Assembly (NCBI GenBank): GCA_963666425.2
Contig: OY762825.2
Coordinates: 2,784,001 to 2,848,000, forward strand
Source of the DNA: Bacillota bacterium
Lineage (GTDB): Bacteria > Bacillota > JAAYKD01
Direction of reading: 5' to 3'
DNA length: 64,000 nucleotides
Shown: positions 35,614 to 47,171 of the stretch, piece after piece
Layout of the letters: every line of letters starts with the position of its first letter
Position numbering within the stretch: the stretch's first letter is position 1
Program-made: the position numbers and the translations under genes
Notes under the pieces: generated by a model
What the model was told of the DNA's origin: nothing
Database searches by the model: none
The model's input: only the letters and a program-made list of their open reading frames with translations

Positions 35614-37251
35614 ATGTCCAATAAAGACGAATTTAACAAAAACCAACAAATTGCTGTGGATTTTTTAAAGAGCAGTGAGACCAAGGAAAAATTAGCAGAA
35701 ATCAATGATGCAATTTGGTCTTATGCGGAATTAGGATTAGAGGAATTTAATACCGCAAACCTACTCGTAAATTATCTGGAAAAAGAAGGATTCAAAGTTG
35801 AAAAAGGAATCGCCGGAATGCCAACAGCCTTCCTTGCTTCTTTTTCTAACGGCCCTGGGCCAACAATTGGCATATTGGGTGAGCTGGATGCACTGCCAAT
35901 GCTGTCTCAAGAAGCAGGCAACCCTGCGCACGCACCCATGACAGAAATAAAAGGTGCCATAGCACCGGGCCATGGTTGTACCCACAATACAATGGGTACT
36001 GCGGCTGCCGGTACGGTGGTAGCAGTTAAGAAAGCGATGGAAGCCGGCGGATTTACAGGAACGATTAAAATGTTTGGCAGCCCCGCTGAAGAAACAGTCA
36101 TCAGCCGTCCTTTCATGGTTTATGCCGGATTATTTGATGATGTAGATGTTGTCATCGATAACCATGGCGGAGATGGCTTTGGCACCTCTTTTGGAGTAGG
36201 CAGCAATACCAATTGGTCCTTCTCCGTTACCTTCCGCGGAAAAACAGCCCACTCTGCCGGAGCCCCTTGGGTTGGAAGATCTGCCCTAGACGCAGCTCAA
36301 ATCATGAACATCAGTACCGAATACCTGCGTGAACATTTACACTACACCTCCAGATTGCATTATGTCATGACCGAAGGTGGAGAAGGCCCGAACGTCGTTC
36401 CGGATAGATCAACCACCTGGTATTATGTAAGAAATTCCGATAAATTAATCAAATCCGATTTCGAAAGAGTGCTAAACTGTGCAAAAGCGGCTGCCCTTGC
36501 CACAGATACTCAAATGGAAATTACCCCCTATACTGCAATCCATCAATGCTATAGAAATGAAACTTTAGCCAATATGGTTCAGGAAAATATTAAAAGGGTG
36601 GGAATGCCTGCCTGGACTGAGCAAGAGCAAGTATTCATCAAAGAATTACAAAAAGGTGTAGGCGCAGAAGAAAAAGGCTTGCCTGATGATTCGGCAATTG
36701 AGGATAAACCCAAAGGAGAAGCCGCGGTATTTGTGGGCGGTGGCTCTTCCGACATTGGTGAAGTTTCTTTAGTTGTGCCTTTGACATCTCTGCGTTTCCC
36801 AACTTCTGCCCCGGGAGCCATTGGCCATCACTGGACGACAACTGCAGTAACCGGTTCCACGGTTGCTCATAAAGGTGTGATCGCGGGAGCCCAAGTCATG
36901 GCGATCAGTGCCATTGAACTTTTGACCAATCCTGATAAAGTAGCTGAGATCAAAAAAGATTTCAGAAAGATGCAGGAAGAGCATTTCTATAACTACAAGA
37001 ATGACGGCAAGGCTTTAATACTGGATGAGAACGGTAAGGCACAATTTGAATCTTACCTGCCCTATCTATTTGGTAAAGCAGGAAAATACGAATATGATCC
37101 TAAAAACGGAAAATTCTTTGTTGCGGAAGGCAAAGAAGTTGCTCCGCCTGTAGGATTCTTAAGTGAACAAATGTCTAAATATCGCCGTCAAATGGCGAAA
37201 CATTACCAGACACCGGCGTGGTATGATGGACCCGAGATGATAAAGGAATAG
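35614..37251 (+). CDS. M20 amidohydrolase, AbgB-like (p-aminobenzoyl-glutamate hydrolase subunit B)
   Basis: ELDALP, GHGCTHN, GSPAEE, GRSALDA and GSSDIGEVS motifs. Confidence 0.88.
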   Translation: MSNKDEFNKNQQIAVDFLKSSETKEKLAEINDAIWSYAELGLEEFNTANLLVNYLEKEGFKVEKGIAGMPTAFLASFSNGPGPTIGILGELDALPMLSQEAGNPAHAPMTEIKGAIAPGHGCTHNTMGTAAAGTVVAVKKAMEAGGFTGTIKMFGSPAEETVISRPFMVYAGLFDDVDVVIDNHGGDGFGTSFGVGSNTNWSFSVTFRGKTAHSAGAPWVGRSALDAAQIMNISTEYLREHLHYTSRLHYVMTEGGEGPNVVPDRSTTWYYVRNSDKLIKSDFERVLNCAKAAALATDTQMEITPYTAIHQCYRNETLANMVQENIKRVGMPAWTEQEQVFIKELQKGVGAEEKGLPDDSAIEDKPKGEAAVFVGGGSSDIGEVSLVVPLTSLRFPTSAPGAIGHHWTTTAVTGSTVAHKGVIAGAQVMAISAIELLTNPDKVAEIKKDFRKMQEEHFYNYKNDGKALILDENGKAQFESYLPYLFGKAGKYEYDPKNGKFFVAEGKEVAPPVGFLSEQMSKYRRQMAKHYQTPAWYDGPEMIKE

Positions 37252-37305
37252 TTTTTGGTTAATCAGAAGACCTAAAAAAAATAGCAGATTGCGAAGCAAA
37301 CAGAT

Positions 37306-37341
37306 AAAAAGACTTTTCCTCTCGAGGGAAGAGTCTTTTTT
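37306..37341. terminator. Rho-independent terminator
   Basis: AAAAAGACTTTTCCT-ctcg-AGGGAAGAGTCTTTTTT. Confidence 0.8.
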
Positions 37342-37356
37342 ATTGTGAGCGTAGCC

Positions 37357-37383
37357 AATTTATGACGCGAAGCGCCAAGTCAT
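37357..37383. repeat. Single copy of the GCGAAGC mini-hairpin unit
   Basis: AATTTAT-GACGCGAAGCGCC-AAGTCAT, matching the unit at about 30556-30582. Confidence 0.6.
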
Positions 37384-37469
37384 TCATCATCGGAGGACTG
37401 AGATGATAGATGGTATGGCATCAGATAATTTATTATGTGTTGGTCAAACATATAACGATGCATTGAAAG

Positions 37470-37590
37470 AAAAACTGAATGACCTAGTGGTAGTCGCAAA
37501 ATTCGCGACAACCCAGGGGCAAAACTTATCAAGAAGATAATTATGCTCTGGATATGATTATCTCTGTAATGATTTCCGAGTCAAGACCGG
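37470..37590 (+). pseudogene. RhuM-family remnant
   Basis: VVAKFATT, then a frameshift, then GKTYQEDNYALDMIISV; resembles the RhuM motif VVAxFATTAxDGKTYQVxYYNLDxIISV. Confidence 0.6.
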
Positions 37591-38539
37591 GAGAAAAGGA
37601 AATGATGATAAGCGTTATATGAATTGTTTGATGTAGAATAGCAAATTTGATTTTTATCTTACCAAGCACAGATTTACGAAGCAAAAAAAGAAGAAGTGGT
37701 GGAGAGGCTAAAACGAGCCTTTTTACCGCTTCTCATTATTTTGGATTATTCTGGAATTGACAAGGGATTACTAACTTTATTATAAGTGAGTTAATTTTAA
37801 AAATAAACCCGTAAATTACGCGAGTCTTCATAATGTTACAATTTTGTTAACAATACAGAACAATAAAATTTAAAGAATCGTAATGACGGTAAATTTAGAT
37901 GAAAAAGAAAAATAGTTCGCGAAATAAAGCAAAAGCACAGAGAGCACATAAGATTTAATATGCATAAATGTCGTAATATGTTGTAATGGAATGATCGTTT
38001 TGAATTACAACTAGGTTTTAATACTTATTGTTTCCTAAGGTTGAAAGGGGAAATCCTTAGTTTGTTGAAATATTTGAATGAAAATATTGTATTTCCCAAA
38101 GCGGTTGTACGTCGTGGTTATGAATAAAATTGAACTTTAGGGAACAACTGGATTTTGGAAATGTATTGGAGCCATGAGCTTGAAGCCATGGAGGCAGAGT
38201 ATTGGCTCACACTGTATAACACTGAAATCTAGATTAAAATTAATCAACCGCATAATTCGATTAAATAGGCTTCTTACAAGAATGTCAGGAAAAACAATTC
38301 ATCTTTCATATTGTTAGGTAATATTCCGCGAAATCTCATCGGTCGCAGTCAAAGGTGCGGAAAAGTTTTGTAGAAACAAGTAATCAATGCTGTTTTTAAG
38401 CCACCAAGACAATGTCTAGCTCAAATTCCTGTAGATAACCGCTAAAGCCGGAATCGAAACATTAGTACGCTTGCAATAAAAATACAATGCATATGGCATT
38501 ATATTAGTCTATCCTCAAACCAACGCTGTTAGTAGAATC

Positions 38540-38651
38540 GATATCAAATACACCTCCGACAACAATGTTAAGCTTGATATTTCATTCGTTGATCTTAGAA
38601 ATGTGGACAATAGTATTGCTAAGTTGTCGGCGGAGGTGTGGAGTTGATATC
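38540..38651. other. Imperfect long inverted repeat upstream of the RecD-like gene
   Basis: GATATCAA-ata-CACCTCCGACAAC pairs with GTTGTCGGcgGAGGTG-tggag-TTGATATC. Confidence 0.6.
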
Positions 38652-38699
38652 AAAAATAATCGATAAAACCGCTTACGAAGTTATTCGGAGGTTATCACA

Positions 38700-41459
38700 A
38701 TGTCTTTGAAGATTGATCAGCAAATAAAAATTATCGATAAAGCAATTTGCCGACACATCAGCCATTTCAAGGTTTCTGGCAGAGGTGCGGCCTCTCAAGA
38801 CATTTTAAAGGAATTAAGAGATTTTGTTGAGCATATAATGCTGAAAGTCTATGCTCAAGGTGGTGATATAAAGGATGATTGGGAGATCATTTGTGAAGCT
38901 ATTAAATATGTTAAACCGCTATCAAAATGGAAAAGCCTCACACGCTTCCACGATCTTTTGCAGATCTCTGTTTCGCATTATACACCCGATGAGGAAAGCT
39001 CAGAGCGGTTGATGTTGAAATATTATATGCATTTGCTGAAAATAAAGGACATTATACACGATAGGTTTTCGCTTGACGTGCTTACTAACCTTGATAAATT
39101 CCCATTGAATACTGATACCACCCTGCAAGAGTATTACAGTAAAATTGCCAAAAAGGTAGATGCCTATCCATTCCAGAGAAATCTGATTGCTGACAAATAC
39201 TACATCAGGAAGATTAAGCCTTTCTTTGTTAGTGGAAAAGTATACTACGAAGTTACATTTACACCTGCAAACGATTATGCGAGCAAATTTGAAAGAGTAA
39301 TTGCTTTCACAAGTTTGGAGGTAACTGATTTCTACGCTATAAGATTTGCCTTTATCAACAGTAGCATTGACATTCTTGGCAAAACAATGCCTATTCTCAT
39401 TATAACAGGCTGGGAAGTGGCTATCCGTGATTGTGAGTTTTATAACTTCACAAGACTTATCAGGGGTAACAAAGCAGAAACTGGTTATCTAGAGCAAAAA
39501 GGCATAACAAGGTTTTTAACCTCAACTGGTTTTAGTCTAGTAGAACTCATCGAATTTTCCGATGATGATTTCTTAAAGGTTAAAGCGGCCGCAACACAAA
39601 GAACTAAGGTAGCTATTTTCTTTCAAGACTTGGAACGGTGCCGAGAGATAATTAAGACGAATGCGCTAGGGAGTAATCTCTTGCGGTATTTGTTATATCA
39701 TATGAACAACAAGGTAATGAAAGCGCAATACAATTCTGAGGCCAACACTTTATTGTCCGGGCTTTTTGTCCAGTATGGCAGCATTCCTTTCGATCGTATA
39801 CCGTTTAATTTCAATCCGCGAGAATGTAAGCCGCGATTGCATGATTTGTTTGCTTGCATACCTATCAGCGGGCGTGAACACGAACTGCTTGCACGGTTTG
39901 TGAGAAATAATACTGAAATAAACGGGCAGCTTTTTACCCCAATCAGTGAGGCAAAAATGCGCTTCGGAGATGATATTGAATCATTAGTTACTGCATATTA
40001 TAACGCTTTATATTACAAACATCGCCAAAATAGCAAACTGGTAATTGAAAATGGCCACATATTCATTAATGAATACAAGAATGATGTCCGTTACATCATC
40101 GATGAATTTGCAAAGTTGGCAAAAAATGGTATTCTGAATTATTCCGAAGCGGTAAGAGTGTGGTTGAACGAGCCAAACAATGGTGTTGACTGTGAACAGA
40201 AAAAAATCGCACTTACCCAAATGTTCGAAAATTCGAGGGTTGCTCTGGTTTACGGTTCGGCTGGAACAGGTAAATCTACATTGATAAACCATATTGCACA
40301 GTTCTTTGACAAAAAGAAAAAGCTTTTTTTAGCACATACTAACCCTGCAGTTGAGAACCTTAAACGGCGAGTAAAATCTTCGGAATGCACCTTCTCAACG
40401 ATAACAAAATTTCTAAAACCGAGCCGCAACATTCTGGATTACGACATTATTGTTGTTGATGAGTGCAGTACCGTCAGCAACAGCAATATGAGGGGGATTC
40501 TCGAAAGCTTGTTCACAAAGGTGGTTACAGACGGATATAAACTCTTGGTCTTGGTCGGGGATACATACCAGATAGATTCCATTGAGTTCGGAAATTGGTT
40601 TGATATTGCCAGAAAATTTGTCCCTGATGCTTCGGTTTGCGAATTGACGATACCATGGCGTAGTAGAGAAATGGGTTTATTGCAACTTTGGGAAAGAGTC
40701 AGGGGGATGGATGGTAAGGGACTTGATGCTGTTCTTGAGTCCTTAACCCATCAAGGTTATACTGCGAATTTGGATGATTCGATTTTTTCTGCTTCCAAAG
40801 TTGACGAGATAATCCTATGTCTCAATTACGATGGGCTTTACGGTATTAACAACATCAACTGTTTCTTGCAAGAGAATAATCCAAGCACCGCGATAACTTG
40901 GGGTATTTTGCAGTATAAAGTCAACGACCCAATTCTGTTTAATGATTCAGATCGCTTCAGTCCCGTGATTTATAACAATATGAAGGGACGGATTAAGGGT
41001 ATCGAAATTCTCGATAAAAGCGCTGTCACAGAACGCATACAGTTTGACATAGAATTGGACGTGGTATTGATGAGTACTGACACCTTTGGACAATCCTTTC
41101 AGTTGCAACCTAATGCACCTAGCGGGAACTCTGTTATTCGTTTTGTAGTAACTAAAAGAAAAAGTGCGGATGAGGATAATCCCAGAAGTCGTTCTTCAAA
41201 AGAAGATATTGTACCTTTCCAAATTGCTTATGCCGTGTCTATTCATAAAGCACAGGGCTTAGAATATGATTCGGTTAAAATTGTCATCACAGATGAGATT
41301 GATGAATTGATAACACACAATATTTTCTACACAGCAATTACCCGTACGAGAAACAAGCTAAAAATCTACTGGACACCAGAAGTGGAAAAGAAAGTGCTTG
41401 AAAGCATAAAGCCTAAGGATATTAGTAGAGATGTATCCCTACTGCGGAACTATCTGTGA
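38700..41459 (+). CDS. SF1B RecD-like ATP-dependent helicase with a ~500 aa uncharacterised N-terminal region
   Basis: GSAGTGKST, LAHTNPAV, VVDECS, LVGDTYQ, AYAVSIHKAQGLEY and YTAITRTR motifs; GGAGG RBS. Confidence 0.85.
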   Translation: MSLKIDQQIKIIDKAICRHISHFKVSGRGAASQDILKELRDFVEHIMLKVYAQGGDIKDDWEIICEAIKYVKPLSKWKSLTRFHDLLQISVSHYTPDEESSERLMLKYYMHLLKIKDIIHDRFSLDVLTNLDKFPLNTDTTLQEYYSKIAKKVDAYPFQRNLIADKYYIRKIKPFFVSGKVYYEVTFTPANDYASKFERVIAFTSLEVTDFYAIRFAFINSSIDILGKTMPILIITGWEVAIRDCEFYNFTRLIRGNKAETGYLEQKGITRFLTSTGFSLVELIEFSDDDFLKVKAAATQRTKVAIFFQDLERCREIIKTNALGSNLLRYLLYHMNNKVMKAQYNSEANTLLSGLFVQYGSIPFDRIPFNFNPRECKPRLHDLFACIPISGREHELLARFVRNNTEINGQLFTPISEAKMRFGDDIESLVTAYYNALYYKHRQNSKLVIENGHIFINEYKNDVRYIIDEFAKLAKNGILNYSEAVRVWLNEPNNGVDCEQKKIALTQMFENSRVALVYGSAGTGKSTLINHIAQFFDKKKKLFLAHTNPAVENLKRRVKSSECTFSTITKFLKPSRNILDYDIIVVDECSTVSNSNMRGILESLFTKVVTDGYKLLVLVGDTYQIDSIEFGNWFDIARKFVPDASVCELTIPWRSREMGLLQLWERVRGMDGKGLDAVLESLTHQGYTANLDDSIFSASKVDEIILCLNYDGLYGINNINCFLQENNPSTAITWGILQYKVNDPILFNDSDRFSPVIYNNMKGRIKGIEILDKSAVTERIQFDIELDVVLMSTDTFGQSFQLQPNAPSGNSVIRFVVTKRKSADEDNPRSRSSKEDIVPFQIAYAVSIHKAQGLEYDSVKIVITDEIDELITHNIFYTAITRTRNKLKIYWTPEVEKKVLESIKPKDISRDVSLLRNYL

Positions 41460-41792
41460 GATATTAAGAGGTTAGGATTTTAACTCAATCATTTATGTGC
41501 TCTTTCCGGGAACAGGTTGAGTTATATTACTACAACTTGGACGTTTTAACGCACCAGTGTGCCCATAAAATCACGTTCAATCTATTACATTGCACGGAAA
41601 ATCAGTATAAACATACCAAACATCGTCTGCACCCCCACTGGTCAACATTTAGATTAGCATATACAACGAATTGAAGAAAACTATTTTCATTATGCTATTC
41701 TTATCATAATTCAGCAAGAATTGCCAGCATAATGAGGTTGTGTTCAAGAAATATACAAGCTGATAGATATGTTTAAAAATAATCCGGAGATA

Positions 41793-41819
41793 AATGCAAA
41801 ATATACTGTATTTTGCATT
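41793..41819. promoter_or_regulatory. Palindromic putative operator upstream of the nuclease-STAND gene
   Basis: AATGCAAAATA-tactg-TATTTTGCATT, followed by TATAAT at 41825. Confidence 0.5.
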
Positions 41820-41853
41820 ATCAGTATAATTTACTCTTTTGTGAGGTGAAAAT

Positions 41854-44800
41854 ATGCCCGACTATGATTTCCAAAATTTACTTGAACCAATGGAGTTTCA
41901 AGATTTAGTTTGTGATATTGTCCAACTGCGAGACAGTATTTTTTTAGAAACTTATAGGGAAGGCAGAGATTCGGGTATTGACGGTTCATATACTGACAAT
42001 ACCAAAAAGATAATTGTTCAGGCTAAACGTTATCAACAGGATTTTAAAAAACTATACTATGATTTGCAGCATATTGAGTTACCTAAAGTAATAAAATTGA
42101 AACCTGATCGATATATCCTGGGCGTTTCATTGGATTTTGAACCTGAGCAAAAAGAGAAAATCGTAAGTCTTTTTGAGGGGTATATTACTAATACTCGTGA
42201 TATTCTAAGTAGAAAGGATATAAATCGTCTTCTACGGGAACCAGCATATAAACGAATCGTGCTTGCATATACGAAACTCTGGATACCCAATCTTCCTGTA
42301 TTTGAAAAAACACTAAAAGAATCTGTTAATCGGGCTATCTACAAAGAGTCAGCAGAGGAACTTAAAGAAGCTCTTAGAACATCGAAGGTATTCGTCCAAA
42401 CGAGAATTTATCGCAAGGCATTACATGCGTGGTCCAGGAATAATGTAATTATAATCTCAGGGGAGCCTGGTGTAGGAAAGACAACAATGGCCTACCTTCT
42501 GGCATTGGCGTATTTACAACCAGATAATTTGGAAGGGTTTATTTGGGCGAACTCACTTAACGATGTATATACTTTGTGGGAAGAAGAGCAAAAACAAGTT
42601 ATAATATTGGATGATTTTTGGGGAAGTGTCTTTAATGATGACTATACACGAAGAAATGATGAAAATCGATTGGATAAACTAATAAAACGTATTATAGAGC
42701 TGAATGGAAAAAAGCGTTTAGTTCTCACGACGAGAGAATATATTCTTCAACAAGGTTTATTTAGACATCCTGCACTAAAAGAAACATTGGATCGATTTGC
42801 GCTAATTTGTACAATGGACGATTATGGAGAAGATGAGAAGGCTAGTATTTTGTTTCGCCATCTCTATGCATCAAATCTTGAATATGAATATGTTGCTTAC
42901 TTGTTTCGTAATTGTGATTGGATTATAAAACATGACAATTATAACCCCCGGGTATTAGCTATTTTTCTGGACAAGGGGCTCGATAAAGAATATTCTCCGC
43001 AGGAATATCTTAAGAAATTACGCAACTATTTTGATAGCCCTGGTTCTTTCTGGAAATCAATCTTTATTGATTTATCTCGAGAAGCGCAGATTGTAGCGAT
43101 CCTATTGTTAATTTCGTCGACACCTATGAGTTTTTCAGATATGAATCGCTGTTATGAAAAATATATGCATTGTAATCCTTATCAAACAACAGTAAAAAAC
43201 TTAAGTAACATTCTGATAGAACTTGAAAAAACGCTGATTAAATCATTTAGTAATTTAGGAAAAGAAGAAATTCTATTAAAATTCAGCTTTCCAGCTGTAC
43301 AGGATTTTCTATATCAATACATTGAAGAAAATAGTGAGCAATGTATTCCGCTGATTTTACAATGCTGTACTTTCTATAACCAATTGCAATTTCTTTTTGA
43401 GCATCAATCATCGAAATGCAGTAACAGTGTTTTGAATCTTATAGTGGAGCAATGCATTTTACATTATCAAGATTATGGTGATAGTTACCTCGATAACGAT
43501 GGCAGTTGGAATTGGGATATCGATATATTTGAGAGATATAGGCATGGATATCTTGACAGGTTTTTCCATTTGGTTAACTGTTGCGTACCTGATAGGCATC
43601 CTATGCTTTTTCGTTTTTTAGATACAGAAATAAAGGAATATTGCTTAACAATGGGCGATGGGGATATGGTGGACCAATATACAGATCTTCATAATTTACC
43701 AGACATCATTGTTCGATGTATAAAAAAAGGAATGAGTTTCAATGGCAAAGATATTATCAGCAAGTATTATGAAGAAGCTTTCAGCGCTTTACATTACCTA
43801 GCAATGGAAGAATTTCGAGAAGTGTTTCCAGAAGAGTATGGTGTATTCTATGAAACATATTATCCACAGGTAAAAAAAAGTATAAGAAGTATTATCCTTT
43901 CTGAGTTAGATTTCCTTGAAGAGTATTCGATGGACTTCGAAATGGATATATTGATTGATTCCATACCAGAAATTCTTGAAAAATTCGATTTGCGTTATAC
44001 AAAGGGATTCGGTCAGAAAATACTAGACTTATGCGGCAGAAAACCGATCGTTTTTTTTGATAAAAAAGCATATAAGTATGAAAATCCATCTGATGATGAA
44101 GTTGAACAAGAAGAACGGGAAATCGGCGCTGTTAAAGAAGATGCTGAGAACTGGCTTTTTGGGCAAAACGAAACATATTTGGATGATGATCAGATTACTG
44201 AAATAATCGCTAAAAGTAACCTTAATTCGGAACTGAAAACAGAATTAGTAAGAGTAGTTGATACTAGTATTCCACATTACATCTATGATTTTCTGCAGAT
44301 AAAAAAATCCAGTAAAGTACTGATTACAGCATTATACGATCCAGAGAATAATATTCTCAAATCGGAAAGCAGCCTTTATTTAATAGCATTATGGCAAATG
44401 AGCCATGGTGATCAAGAATTAATGAAAAGACTTATAAGTTTTTGTTCTGAAAACTTTACCTTGTTCATGTATCGAGAAGAACCCGTGCTGCGCACAAATC
44501 AATTTTTATCAAGTGATGTATATACACGTTATTTGAAATGTGATGCTGAATTTTGTAAAGTTATTAATGAAAATTTCATTGCACGAGATGAACAATGGAT
44601 ACGATTTCTTAATATACCCATATTCATTTTCTGTTATGTCTTTACTATGATTATGGGGCGTGAAGATAGAGAAACAGAAGAATATTATCGGAATATATGG
44701 GGTGAAAAATTTAACAAACTTAAGCAAATATTATGGTGTGATCAGAAGAATTATTACAATGTTTATTTTGCTGATATCGGGATATACAATTTTAAAAGGT

Positions 44801-45291
44801 ATGAGTGGGAAGGGTGCATGTATAGGGTTTTTGAAGAGTTGCACCCAAATCATTTTAACCGGTTCTATGTAGAACCTATGTTGAAGAGTTATCTGGATGA
44901 ACTAGGTAATGGGAATGATGATAGTAAAGTACTAAAACATATATCACTTTGTAGAGTTGAGATTGAATATACTTATGAAGGTATTCTTGGAACTACGAGT
45001 TACCAGGTTCATGATGGTTTGTCCATGATTGAACATTTATCAATTGCCGAAGATTGGAATGTATTCTCAAATTCGATAAAGATGAGCAGATTAAAAAAAC
45101 TTCAAAAAGATGAAACAGTTTGCCGAGAAGCTAATGGTAAATGGAGTATACTATTATATAAAATTGAGGATGTTATACTGTTAAAAGAACTTGGGATTTA
45201 TAATAGTGTATTAAAGTTTATAAATGATGTTAAAAGTACATACTCGAATTTTTTGGAAGCAAACTATTCGCAAATAAAAAAGTTCAAATAA
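41854..45291 (+). CDS. Mrr-like PD-(D/E)xK nuclease fused to a STAND (nSTAND3-like) NTPase and a long C-terminal helical region; putative antiphage protein
   Basis: EFQDLVCD..GRDSGIDG..IIVQAKRY; GEPGVGKTT Walker A; ILDDFWG Walker B; VLTTREYI; YNPRV. Confidence 0.8.
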   Translation: MPDYDFQNLLEPMEFQDLVCDIVQLRDSIFLETYREGRDSGIDGSYTDNTKKIIVQAKRYQQDFKKLYYDLQHIELPKVIKLKPDRYILGVSLDFEPEQKEKIVSLFEGYITNTRDILSRKDINRLLREPAYKRIVLAYTKLWIPNLPVFEKTLKESVNRAIYKESAEELKEALRTSKVFVQTRIYRKALHAWSRNNVIIISGEPGVGKTTMAYLLALAYLQPDNLEGFIWANSLNDVYTLWEEEQKQVIILDDFWGSVFNDDYTRRNDENRLDKLIKRIIELNGKKRLVLTTREYILQQGLFRHPALKETLDRFALICTMDDYGEDEKASILFRHLYASNLEYEYVAYLFRNCDWIIKHDNYNPRVLAIFLDKGLDKEYSPQEYLKKLRNYFDSPGSFWKSIFIDLSREAQIVAILLLISSTPMSFSDMNRCYEKYMHCNPYQTTVKNLSNILIELEKTLIKSFSNLGKEEILLKFSFPAVQDFLYQYIEENSEQCIPLILQCCTFYNQLQFLFEHQSSKCSNSVLNLIVEQCILHYQDYGDSYLDNDGSWNWDIDIFERYRHGYLDRFFHLVNCCVPDRHPMLFRFLDTEIKEYCLTMGDGDMVDQYTDLHNLPDIIVRCIKKGMSFNGKDIISKYYEEAFSALHYLAMEEFREVFPEEYGVFYETYYPQVKKSIRSIILSELDFLEEYSMDFEMDILIDSIPEILEKFDLRYTKGFGQKILDLCGRKPIVFFDKKAYKYENPSDDEVEQEEREIGAVKEDAENWLFGQNETYLDDDQITEIIAKSNLNSELKTELVRVVDTSIPHYIYDFLQIKKSSKVLITALYDPENNILKSESSLYLIALWQMSHGDQELMKRLISFCSENFTLFMYREEPVLRTNQFLSSDVYTRYLKCDAEFCKVINENFIARDEQWIRFLNIPIFIFCYVFTMIMGREDRETEEYYRNIWGEKFNKLKQILWCDQKNYYNVYFADIGIYNFKRYEWEGCMYRVFEELHPNHFNRFYVEPMLKSYLDELGNGNDDSKVLKHISLCRVEIEYTYEGILGTTSYQVHDGLSMIEHLSIAEDWNVFSNSIKMSRLKKLQKDETVCREANGKWSILLYKIEDVILLKELGIYNSVLKFINDVKSTYSNFLEANYSQIKKFK

Positions 45292-45311
45292 TAAGAGCTA
45301 AGAGGACAGGG

Positions 45312-47055
45312 TGTTTGCAAGATTGGGGATTATATCGATATTTATGACATGACTAGAGCGGTGGAAGATGGAACAACGGTTAAGATCTATTATGAAAGCA
45401 GAATTGCGAAACTGGAACTGCCGGAGGAACTGAAACCCAAAGTAGATAAAGAATACGATGAGATCACCGAATATCAGGAATACAGCCAAAAAGAAAAATT
45501 GAAGAGCAAATGGGCCAGGCTGGAAGCAATTGTAGGTGCGCGCGAACGAATCAAGCAGATTGCCAAGGACATTGTTGAGCATTTTGAAAAACGAGATCAG
45601 GCACAGGAATATGAAGGCGGCAAAGCGATGATTGTTGCCATGAGCCGAAGGATTGCAATTGATCTCTACAAGGAAATTGTGGTATTGCGTCCAAACTGGC
45701 ACAGTGATGATTTGCAGGCAGGGAAAATTAAAGTCGTCATGACAGGAGCATCTTCCGATCCGGCTGAATGGCAGAAGTTTATTGGCACAAAGGCAAGCCG
45801 CGAAGCATTGGCAAAACGGATGAAAGACAAAAATGAGGAGTTGAAACTTGTCATTGTGCGAGACATGTGGCTGACCGGTTTTGATGTACCTACTCTGCAT
45901 ACCATGTATCTGGATAAACCGATGCAAGGGCATAATCTGATGCAGGCGATTGCCAGAGTCAACCGCGTATTCAAAGACAAACAAGGCGGCTTGATTGTTG
46001 ACTATATCGGTATTGCTGAGAAATTGAAAGAAGCACTTGCGCAATATACTGAAAATGATAAGAAAACAGCCGGTATTGATACGGAAGTCGCAGCAGAGGT
46101 TCTGCTTGAAAAATATGATCTGGTCAAAGAATTGCTGTATGGGCATGATTATAGCAAATTCTTCACGGGTAAACCGAGTGAGAAAATGTATGCAATTGTG
46201 GAAACCATGGATTATATAATCGGTCTTCGTGATCATAGAAAGAACGACTACATTCAGCTGGTAACCGAAATGACCAGAGCCTATTCTCTCTGTGCAACAA
46301 CGGAAGTGGCAGAAAGCCTGAATGTTGAGGTTGGTTTCCATAAAGCGGTGAAGGCAAGCCTGATTAAAATAGCCAGTGATGACAGCAAGAAAAAAACAAC
46401 TTCACAACTTGACAGCGAATTGAACCAGTTGATTTCAAGATCGATTTCTTCGAATGAAGTAATTGACATCTTGGGTTCGGTTGGACTTTCCAAGCCGAAT
46501 ATCGCCATCCTTTCGGATGAGTTCCTGGAAGAAGTAAAAGGGATGAAGCAGAAGAACCTTGCGGTTGAACTCCTGAACAGATTACTGAAAGGCAGTATCA
46601 AGACTTTTTCCAGACGCAATCTTGTGCAGTCAAAAAAATCCTCGGAGCTATTGGAAAATGCGCTCAGAAAATATCAGAACCGCGCCATTGAGACAACGCA
46701 AGTGATCATGGAGCTCATTGAACTGGCGAAACAAATTAGTAAAGCAGCAAAGCGCGGAGAGAGTTCAAGCTTAACACCGGATGAATTGGCCTTTTATGAT
46801 GCCCTGGCGGATAATCAATCCGCAAAAGAAATTATGGGTGAAGAGATCTTGAAGCAGATTGCGCGCGATCTGACACGGTCCATAAAAAATAATATTAGTG
46901 TGGACTGGGCAATTCGTGATAGTGTTCAGGCAAAGATGAAAATGACGATTAAACGTATGTTAAAGAAATATGGCTATCCGCCCGATAAGACGGCGAAAGC
47001 GATTGACACTGTAATGGAACAGACCAAATTAATGTGCCAAAACGAGGACAGGTAA
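45312..47055 (+). pseudogene. hsdR: 3' half of a type I restriction endonuclease HsdR (DUF3387-type C-terminus), 5'-truncated
   Basis: [37 protein letters not shown] and KKYGYPP are present; the nuclease domain and Walker A/B are absent. Confidence 0.88.
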
Positions 47056-47060
47056 CCAAT

Positions 47061-47090
47061 ACGGGGTTGAGTAAATGAACTCAACCCCGT
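47061..47090. terminator. Hairpin after hsdR
   Basis: ACGGGGTTGAGT-aaatga-ACTCAACCCCGT, a perfect 12 bp stem. Confidence 0.65.
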
Positions 47091-47171
47091 TAACCGGAAC
47101 GAGAAAGAAACGAGATACGTTTATTTATCATTTTACGGAATTGATTATAAGTAGAAGACAGAGGAAGAAAT

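Noticed and set aside
38280-38400. Possible IS end upstream of the RecD-like gene
   Set aside because: Only a vague resemblance, with no partner end or transposase fragment.
38540-38651. Retron msr-msd interpretation of the inverted repeat
   Set aside because: No reverse transcriptase in the window.
45298-46341. 347 aa minus-strand ORF
   Set aside because: Antisense shadow of hsdR with no recognisable motifs.
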